From IMG/VR virus record IMGVR_UViG_3300032301_000948, positions 1 through 32,607 of that record: a stretch of DNA of 32,607 bases; one strand, given 5' to 3'. The notes under the pieces were generated by a model, which was given only the letters and a program-made list of their open reading frames with translations, did no database searches and was not told the origin of the DNA. The position numbers and the translations under genes were made by a program. Of the stretch, positions 26,756 through 32,607 are shown in pieces (the first letter of the stretch is position 1; each line of letters starts with the position of its first letter). This stretch comes from a virus. Lineage: Duplodnaviria > Caudoviricetes.

Positions 26756-27777
26756 GGGCAGGCGCCGTCAATCTTGTTAGGTGCCGAGAAGAAGTACCTG
26801 CTGCCCCACTTCCACAACTCCACCATCATGTTGTTGGGGACCGGGTACATCTTGTAGTCCTCCTGACTGGTCAACTCAACGGGAGCAGCCGTGCCAACAG
26901 CCGGTAGACCATAAGCCAAAGACGATGTGTTTGCTGTTTCTAGCAAGTTGTACGCAGTAAGCGAAGTTGATCCACTCTGGAAGAACGGCCATGTTCCACC
27001 AAGAGATGTCTGCTCGAGCACAGTGTATTCCCAGTGCCCCGGACTCACAAAACTCGAACCAGTGATCTTGTAGATCCCGTGCAGCTGCCTAGTAAACGAA
27101 GTGACGCGCCCAAAGTTGTCGGTTGTAATTGCGGTCACGGCACCGGCATCCGACGGCGCAGTCACCGTAATCGTCTTCAGTTGCAGCGTGGTTCCGGCAG
27201 ACAACTGGAACGAATCCGTGCTGTCGTAACTCAAGCCAACGCTCTGGTTGGACGCCATGTTTCCGCCGCCGTTCAATGGCGCATTGGCGGTCAGCGTTCC
27301 AACAGAACCGCCAGACGGAGACTGCACGGTCACCGTGCCGTTTCCATCGTCAAACACATATCCATCTGGGAAGTCAAAGTAGATCTCGTCGGCGGGATCA
27401 ACGGTGACATCGCCGCTGTCTGTGTAATACCTCACGGCTACCGCGCCACCAGACCCATTGGTCCCGTTGGAACCGTTGGTCCCGTTCATTCCGTTTTCGC
27501 CAAAGCCGCCACCAAAGTTGATGACCGATATGTTGGTGGGACTCCAACCCATCTGCGGACCCGGCACCCACGGAAGACCAAAGTTCGTTGCTGGAACTAT
27601 CGGGTTTTCAAAGTTGAAAGAGAACGGAGATGGGCCGCTCTCGTTTGACCAACCCACATTTTGCGTGCCAAAGATGTTCCGCAGCAGGAACTTGTTGGGG
27701 TTTGGAAACTGGTTTAGAAGACTCAGCGCATCGGGCTGATGACCGCTTTCCTGGTTTTCTTGTCCAGGAAGACCCAT
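26752..27777 (-). CDS. Tail fibre / appendage protein
   Basis: Short collagen-like GENGMNGTNGSNGTNG; fibre-shaft motifs LTANAPLNGGG and ITTDNFGRVTS; ends DGACP. Confidence 0.6.
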   Translation of the reverse strand: MGLPGQENQESGHQPDALSLLNQFPNPNKFLLRNIFGTQNVGWSNESGPSPFSFNFENPIVPATNFGLPWVPGPQMGWSPTNISVINFGGGFGENGMNGTNGSNGTNGSGGAVAVRYYTDSGDVTVDPADEIYFDFPDGYVFDDGNGTVTVQSPSGGSVGTLTANAPLNGGGNMASNQSVGLSYDSTDSFQLSAGTTLQLKTITVTAPSDAGAVTAITTDNFGRVTSFTRQLHGIYKITGSSFVSPGHWEYTVLEQTSLGGTWPFFQSGSTSLTAYNLLETANTSSLAYGLPAVGTAAPVELTSQEDYKMYPVPNNMMVELWKWGSRYFFSAPNKIDGACP

Positions 27778-28934
27778 TAGATGTTCCGCCAGTCGTTGAG
27801 CTTGTTGTCCGCAGTGTTGCGCTCAAAGTACTTGCCCGTGCGCATCTGCTGGCTGCTGAAGTGATCCATGCAGGTCTTCATTGCATCCTTGTACTGCATC
27901 TGCAACATCTGGAACTGCGACCCGGTGATCTTTTTGTACGTCCCGAGCTTGATAGCCCCACCAACAGCAACCGCCTCATAGAGCGATTCAAGGCCAAAGG
28001 GCGCGTACTCAATAGTCAACGAGCCAGCCGTGGCGTAAGTAAACGGCAAGCGCACCTTCGTCTGGAAGAGCGTGCTGTTCTTCGTCCACTTGGAAATGAT
28101 CCGCTCTTCAATGATGCCCGTAGCGGTAAGGATGCGAACCATGCTGCCCAGATACGCGTTGTCACGGCGGTCAATTACACCAACCTCGGGCGTGTTGGTA
28201 ATCGAGAACACGAGCGTGTCGGCGGCTACCGTGTACGTCAAGCCAGCGGGAGTTCCTACCGCAGTCGTGATTGCAGTGCCGCCTTCGGTTGCGGACAACG
28301 TGAACGTCGTCGTGCCGTTGGTTGCAATGATGTAGTACGTCTTTCCACTGGTGTAGCCAGAAATGAATCCGCTACCACCAAAGGTTCCCGTAATCGTAAT
28401 GGCCTGCCCAACAAGCAGAGCGGTTGTTGTGGTGCAGGAAAACTGGCCAGCAGTACCTGTAATACCAGTAACAGTTGGAGCGCCAACCAAAGTAGCATTG
28501 GCGCGGAACGGCATGATTTCGCCGCTGTGCATGAACTGCAGCTGGATGTCCGGGTAGTCCATGTCTGGCTTTGGGCTAAACACAATCATGTTGCCCTCTA
28601 CCTTCCAATTGGGGCCACGGTAGTGCCACTCAGTGCGCGGCATTGCCTCGCGGCTGACGTAGTTGTCGTCGTTGCGGATTGCCATGCGCCACACTTCGCC
28701 AACGCAAGGAGGCAGGGCGTAGTACTCCGTGCCTTCCGTGAGCGGAAACGGAATCCAGACGCTGATCGGGTTGCTCGTCGAGTTGTTGATGCGCGATGCA
28801 ATCGACGCAAACATCGGGCTGATGACGTTCTTCACAAGGAAGTTGTCGTCGTACTTCGCATCGAGCGAAGGATCGTCCAGGTACGCGCGCGTACGGTCGA
28901 TGACGGTCTGGATGAATCCACCTGTTGCGTCCAT
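27777..28934 (-). CDS. Head-tail adaptor / tail tubular protein A-like, with an inserted beta domain
   Basis: N-terminal helix (IDRTRAYLDD), LTEGTEYYALP, IVFSPKPD, and a C-terminal helical pair typical of podovirus adaptors. Confidence 0.65.
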   Translation of the reverse strand: MDATGGFIQTVIDRTRAYLDDPSLDAKYDDNFLVKNVISPMFASIASRINNSTSNPISVWIPFPLTEGTEYYALPPCVGEVWRMAIRNDDNYVSREAMPRTEWHYRGPNWKVEGNMIVFSPKPDMDYPDIQLQFMHSGEIMPFRANATLVGAPTVTGITGTAGQFSCTTTTALLVGQAITITGTFGGSGFISGYTSGKTYYIIATNGTTTFTLSATEGGTAITTAVGTPAGLTYTVAADTLVFSITNTPEVGVIDRRDNAYLGSMVRILTATGIIEERIISKWTKNSTLFQTKVRLPFTYATAGSLTIEYAPFGLESLYEAVAVGGAIKLGTYKKITGSQFQMLQMQYKDAMKTCMDHFSSQQMRTGKYFERNTADNKLNDWRNI

Positions 28935-28935
28935 G

Positions 28936-29466
28936 TCAGGTCACCTTTGCAATGTTCTTGAGCATCTCGCAGGTCTTGCGATACGACTCGCCACCCTTGG
29001 CTTCGCCAACCCACGGCTGCGCGCCGGTCTCGATGCCGTGCGCTGCGCGGTCGTGGCCGCGATTTTTCAAACGCTTGACAGTGGCGCGTTTCTCGTGCGC
29101 GTGGTCGTCCATCATGGTCTTGCGCTCAGACGATGCCTGGCGCATCTTGTCCTTCATGGCGCGCACGGTGTCATCCACCGGCTTGCACCGGGCCTTCAAC
29201 TCATCGGCAGACATCCAGCCACCACGGTCGGGAGCAACAGGAAACGACTCCAACTCAAGGCACACGTCCGGCTTGAACAGCCACTTGGCCAGCACAAAGT
29301 TCTCTGTGCGGCGGTGAAAGTACACAAACAACTCCGGGATACCCGTGACGCGACGCGCAAAGCGGATCCAGTCGCTGTCAGGCAGCACCTCGTGGTCCTG
29401 GTCCATTGCCAGACCAGCGCACGCAGCTTCGTACTTCGGGTCAAACGTGATCTCGATCTCGGTCAT
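28936..29466 (-). CDS. Hypothetical protein in the head gene cluster
   Basis: Likely start MTEIEITF at 29466 (TGATG coupling, AAGG upstream). Confidence 0.65.
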   Translation of the reverse strand: MTEIEITFDPKYEAACAGLAMDQDHEVLPDSDWIRFARRVTGIPELFVYFHRRTENFVLAKWLFKPDVCLELESFPVAPDRGGWMSADELKARCKPVDDTVRAMKDKMRQASSERKTMMDDHAHEKRATVKRLKNRGHDRAAHGIETGAQPWVGEAKGGESYRKTCEMLKNIAKVT

Positions 29467-29630
29467 CAATACGCCTTCTTGCCAAAGAGGCCGCTCATCT
29501 TCTTGCCGCAGTTGCAACCGGACTTGCCGCACGAGCACTTCTTGCCCATGCCGCCACCAAAGGGCTTGCCCTTGGTTGCATTGCGGATCTTGTCCTGCAC
29601 GGACTTGATGGGATTTTTAGACATCTTCAT
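29466..29630 (-). CDS. 54-aa Lys/Gly-rich peptide with CSCGKSGCNC cluster (not in ORF track)
   Basis: MKMSKNPIKSVQDKIRNATKGKPFGGGMGKKCSCGKSGCNCGKKMSGLFGKKAY; GAGG RBS; coupled at both ends. Confidence 0.75.
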   Translation of the reverse strand: MKMSKNPIKSVQDKIRNATKGKPFGGGMGKKCSCGKSGCNCGKKMSGLFGKKAY

Positions 29631-29758
29631 TTCCAACCTCGTTTCATCTTGGCGTACTGTTTCGGGTCCACGGTGGACTTTGACTTTGGTCGGCTGATCC
29701 CAAGCTTCTTGCGCTTGTTGATGTTCCCCACCAGTGAGTTAAGCGGGTTGGATTTCAT
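29627..29758 (-). CDS. 43-aa highly basic peptide (not in ORF track)
   Basis: MKSNPLNSLVGNINKRKKLGISRPKSKSTVDPKQYAKMKRGWK; TGATG and ATGA overlaps. Confidence 0.75.
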   Translation of the reverse strand: MKSNPLNSLVGNINKRKKLGISRPKSKSTVDPKQYAKMKRGWK

Positions 29759-30006
29759 CAGCAGTTCCATGCCCGAAGGCTCTTGTTGATGCGGGAGTTC
29801 GGGTCGCTTGCCGTCTTGCTGCTGGTCAGCTTCTTCTTCATGCCCTTCATGCGGGCGCAGAAGGAGTTTCGGCGAGAGCCGCCCTCGGGCTGCGGGCGCT
29901 TCAGGTTGCCGCCAGTGGCGCTATTGTAAGCCTTGCGGCCCAATTCACTCAAGCCACCAAGCGGGTTCTTGTGCTTCGACTTGAATTGAAACTTCTTCTT
30001 GGCCAT
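29758..30006 (-). CDS. Small basic phage protein (DUF6321-like)
   Basis: GGLSELGRKAYN..GNLKRP..RRNSFCARM.GMK..SRINKSLRAWNC pattern. Confidence 0.7.
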   Translation of the reverse strand: MAKKKFQFKSKHKNPLGGLSELGRKAYNSATGGNLKRPQPEGGSRRNSFCARMKGMKKKLTSSKTASDPNSRINKSLRAWNC

Positions 30007-30007
30007 A

Positions 30008-30451
30008 TTAGCCCTGGGTCAGGAGGTACTTGGTCTGCTGGACAAGAGCCAAGATCTCATCACGGATGTTGAGCAACGCGGTTTCCTTCTCGCCAACGTC
30101 CTTTGGAATATCGTTGCGTAGCACGTTCTCAAGGTCCGCAAGGATCTTCTGGACATCCCCACCAACAGAAAGCGAGGAGATGCCCGAAAGGACTTCGCGG
30201 CTCTTGGCACCGATCAGCGTCTCCACAAACGTGTCGATGAGATCGTCCAAGCCCTCGTAGGCCTTGCCGATTGCCTTGTGCTCGGCGTGCGACTTGGTCA
30301 TCCAATGCTGAAGACGAAGCGACTGCTGGGCGCTCATCATCTTCTCAATGCAACCGCACTTGCGCCCACCAGCAGACGGCGGCATCTGGGGCGCAGGCTT
30401 GGCACCTTCGGTCTTCGGTGCGTTGAACAACGGGTTTTCCTTGTCTGCCAT
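30008..30451 (-). CDS. Ferritin/Dps-like four-helix protein (DUF5856-like)
   Basis: LQHWMTKSHAEHKAIGKAYEGLDDLIDTFVE matches the Dps HW..H..Y...D..E pattern; C-terminal NIRDEI..TKYLL. Confidence 0.75.
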   Translation of the reverse strand: MADKENPLFNAPKTEGAKPAPQMPPSAGGRKCGCIEKMMSAQQSLRLQHWMTKSHAEHKAIGKAYEGLDDLIDTFVETLIGAKSREVLSGISSLSVGGDVQKILADLENVLRNDIPKDVGEKETALLNIRDEILALVQQTKYLLTQG

Positions 30452-30473
30452 GACTACATGATACGGACATCTC

Positions 30474-30514
30474 CAAAATACACATCCCCCTGCACCCGAA
30501 GATGCAGGGGGATG
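30474..30514 (-). terminator. Rho-independent terminator after the major capsid gene
   Basis: Perfect 12-bp stem (30483-30494 / 30503-30514) with a C-UUCG-G tetraloop on the - strand, followed by TGTATTTT. Confidence 0.8.
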
Positions 30515-30553
30515 GCGTGGTTCCCGTCCTTAGACGGGGCCTCAGGGAGGACC

Positions 30554-32191
30554 TTACGACGCGTCGCCGTACTGGCGATCGGTGGTAACACCAGTGAGCT
30601 TCATGCCGGACGGCTGATCCGGGACGAGCTGCATACGCAGCATGCCCGGCATCTGCATGCCTTCCGTCACCAGCGTGCTGTTGCCAGACACGCGCTGGAT
30701 CGGCACCTTGACGTCCGCGTAGCCCAGGGCCGGGCCGACGAACTCAAAGGGGATGAAGCCTTCCGCCTTGTCGAACTTCTGGGTGCCCTTCGGGCTCGGC
30801 GGGACGTACTTCTTCCAGTTCTGGCCACCCTTGCGGATGCCGTAGACCGTACCGTCCTCGATGTAGTTCGAGGTGTAGCCGGTGTACGTGCGGCCGTCAA
30901 AGGTGAACTTGAAGCCTTCCTGGCTGCCCTCGTTGGTGAGGCTCGAGAGGCGGTTGGTCCGGTCCAGCTGGTACTGGCCGATCTTCTGCGCCTCGTAGTT
31001 GAGCCACACGCCGTCCGAGGCGATGAGGCAGTCGATGTACTGACCGTACTTCTCCTTCGCGCGGTGGAAGCCGCGGAGGTACTGACGCATCTTGTGCTCG
31101 GTCAGCGTGCCGACGCTCGACTTGAAGAACGACTTGAACTCCGGGTGGACGTTCACGTCAATCGCGTTCGAGGAGTCGTAATCGCCGCCGAGCAGGTTGC
31201 CGGTGTTCTTCAGCCAGCTGTTGATGCCAGCGAAGCCGTAACCGTTCGAGGACGAAGGAGCGCCGCTGTTCAGCTTACGAGCATTTGCGAAGTACACGTA
31301 GTACGTCGTTGCAGTGGTCGTAAAGCTGAACGCCGTTGCCGTGAGCGCCTGACCAAACGCGATGGTCACCTTGTTGGTGACCTCGTCGACGGCAGCGACC
31401 CAGGCAGACACGCGGGTGGTGTTGTTCTGGGAGGCAGCAGCCGACTGCGAGTCGTTCATGCGGATCTGGGGCGTGGCGCCAGTGAAGATGTCAACGCGCA
31501 TGCCCACGGCATAACGGTCGATGTTCTTCTCCGGAACCTGGAACCGGATCGCATTCGGGTTGTACGAAACCGTCGTGGCCGGAGCCGCAAACGTCGCAGG
31601 AGTGGTGGTCAGGAAGTTCGTCGAGTACTCGGCATTGCTTGCATCGAACGCGATGGTGCTCAGCTGGTAGTTCGCGTTCTCGGCGAGATACCAGTAGTTG
31701 CACAGGGTGTGCGCCATCAGGCGCGCATGACCCTCGAGCTTCGGGCCGATCACTTCGCCGATGAAGGCCGGGGTGGCCTCAGCCGTCATCTCGCCGAGCG
31801 ACATGTACAGGTTGGAGACCATGGCCTTCATGCCGACGCCGAGACGGTACGGCTTGGCCATCACGCCATCGGTGGCGTCCGGCCAAGTGTTGGTGTTCGA
31901 CTGCTGCTGCAGCTTCGCACCAATGTCCGTGACGGTCTTGTCGCCGTAGAGGACGAAGTTGTGGGTGTTGTCACCCATGTCCAGAACGCCGGCCATCGAA
32001 CCCATGTAGATCTTGAGGATCTTGAGGTCACGACCGATGAGGGACGCGGGGCCGACACCCTGGCTGGTCACGAACGTGTCGCGCCATGCAGGGTCGAGCG
32101 CCGGGAGGAAGAGCTCAATGTTCTTATTGAGCACCTCCTGAATCCGGTCGCTCTGCTTGTCAAACAGAGAGCCAGTGGTTGCGTAAGCCAT
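30554..32191 (-). CDS. Major capsid protein
   Basis: 545 aa; strong AAGGAGG RBS; strong codon bias; downstream terminator; HK97-like P-domain motifs (FTFDGRTY, GTVYGI); follows a scaffold-like gene. Confidence 0.8.
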   Translation of the reverse strand: MAYATTGSLFDKQSDRIQEVLNKNIELFLPALDPAWRDTFVTSQGVGPASLIGRDLKILKIYMGSMAGVLDMGDNTHNFVLYGDKTVTDIGAKLQQQSNTNTWPDATDGVMAKPYRLGVGMKAMVSNLYMSLGEMTAEATPAFIGEVIGPKLEGHARLMAHTLCNYWYLAENANYQLSTIAFDASNAEYSTNFLTTTPATFAAPATTVSYNPNAIRFQVPEKNIDRYAVGMRVDIFTGATPQIRMNDSQSAAASQNNTTRVSAWVAAVDEVTNKVTIAFGQALTATAFSFTTTATTYYVYFANARKLNSGAPSSSNGYGFAGINSWLKNTGNLLGGDYDSSNAIDVNVHPEFKSFFKSSVGTLTEHKMRQYLRGFHRAKEKYGQYIDCLIASDGVWLNYEAQKIGQYQLDRTNRLSSLTNEGSQEGFKFTFDGRTYTGYTSNYIEDGTVYGIRKGGQNWKKYVPPSPKGTQKFDKAEGFIPFEFVGPALGYADVKVPIQRVSGNSTLVTEGMQMPGMLRMQLVPDQPSGMKLTGVTTDRQYGDAS

Positions 32192-32194
32192 GTG

Positions 32195-32215
32195 AATCCG
32201 CCTCCTTGGCGGGTT
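32195..32215 (-). promoter_or_regulatory. Capsid-gene Shine-Dalgarno embedded in a hairpin
   Basis: - strand AACCCGCC-AAGGA-GGCGGATT-CAC-ATG. Confidence 0.5.
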
Positions 32216-32228
32216 GGGTCAGAGTTCG

Positions 32229-32606
32229 TCAGGCCTTGGTGTCCCCACCTGCGGAGACATCAAGAGCAAGACGCGTAAGAGTGTCCGTGTTGAATTCACG
32301 AACAGCCGTATCAACCGAGCCGCGGTCCATGCCCTTCTTGAATTCGGGGGCGGGAACCGGCGGCTTCGAGGTAATCGTGTCCATCTCGCTCACTGTTTCC
32401 GGCGTCCGACCCAAAGAGTCAAGATCACCGATGACCGTTGCGTACGAACGCGCCACCTCTTCGGCAGCCTTTGCTGCCTCTTCCTGGATCCAGTCTTCGC
32501 TGAAGTTTCCACCAGTCTTGTCCCGCCTGTCGTACAGACGGTCCAGCGTGGCCTTGCGAACCTGGTCCTGAATGGCCTGGTAGGCGCCCGTGGCGTGTTC
32601 ACGCCC
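32229..32606 (-). CDS. C-terminal part of a putative capsid scaffolding protein (5' end off-window)
   Basis: Frame is open to the window edge (GREHATGAYQAIQDQVRKATLDRLY...); helical then Pro-rich linker; directly upstream of the capsid gene. Confidence 0.55.
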   Translation of the reverse strand, partial: GREHATGAYQAIQDQVRKATLDRLYDRRDKTGGNFSEDWIQEEAAKAAEEVARSYATVIGDLDSLGRTPETVSEMDTITSKPPVPAPEFKKGMDRGSVDTAVREFNTDTLTRLALDVSAGGDTKA

Positions 32607-32607
32607 G

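Larger units (their letters stand above)
1..32607. mobile_element. Tailed bacteriophage genome segment (podovirus-like); no integrase or host flank visible
   Basis: Capsid, adaptor, nozzle and ejection-type genes in order on the - strand; PolA, nuclease and recombination genes on the + strand; frequent ATGA/TGATG gene coupling; no tape measure or sheath; no housekeeping genes. Confidence 0.92.

Noticed and set aside
27450-27500. Collagen-like G-x-N repeat as a separate feature
   Set aside because: Only about six triplets; a common short linker in phage fibre proteins.
30278-32278. 666-aa + strand ORF and other long antisense ORFs (8811-10067, 27630-28961, 23087-24271, 6297-7241)
   Set aside because: Antisense shadows of strongly codon-biased GC-rich genes; no motifs or RBS.
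1-32607. Stop-codon reassignment, tRNA genes, introns or inteins
   Set aside because: Genes tile densely under code 11 with TAA, TAG and TGA all used as stops; no cloverleaf or splicing motifs were recognised by eye.

Overview
The whole window is part of a tailed-phage genome with podovirus-like gene order and no host genes. Core genes are GC-rich (about 60-70% in sampled lines) with sharp AT-rich patches. The + strand arm (1-11702) carries a divergent family-A DNA polymerase truncated at the left edge, an ERCC4-type nuclease, an out-of-place fibre/membrane cassette, a calcineurin-like phosphoesterase, a small HExxH protein, a hairpin-dense intergenic region and a PD-(D/E)XK nuclease / AAA ATPase / SSB-like recombination module. 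The - strand arm (32607 to 11691) is the morphogenesis operon: partial scaffold, major capsid, a ferritin-like protein, three tiny basic peptides, adaptor, a Cys-rich three-gene cassette, nozzle, ejection-type proteins and a terminal AT-rich HExxH peptidase. The most unusual items are the Cys-rich tail cassette with nearby metal-binding candidates, the polymerase with a remodelled O-helix, the palindrome array at 7183-7457 and a u-spanin-like lipoprotein. All assignments come from motif reading and synteny only; no searches were run.
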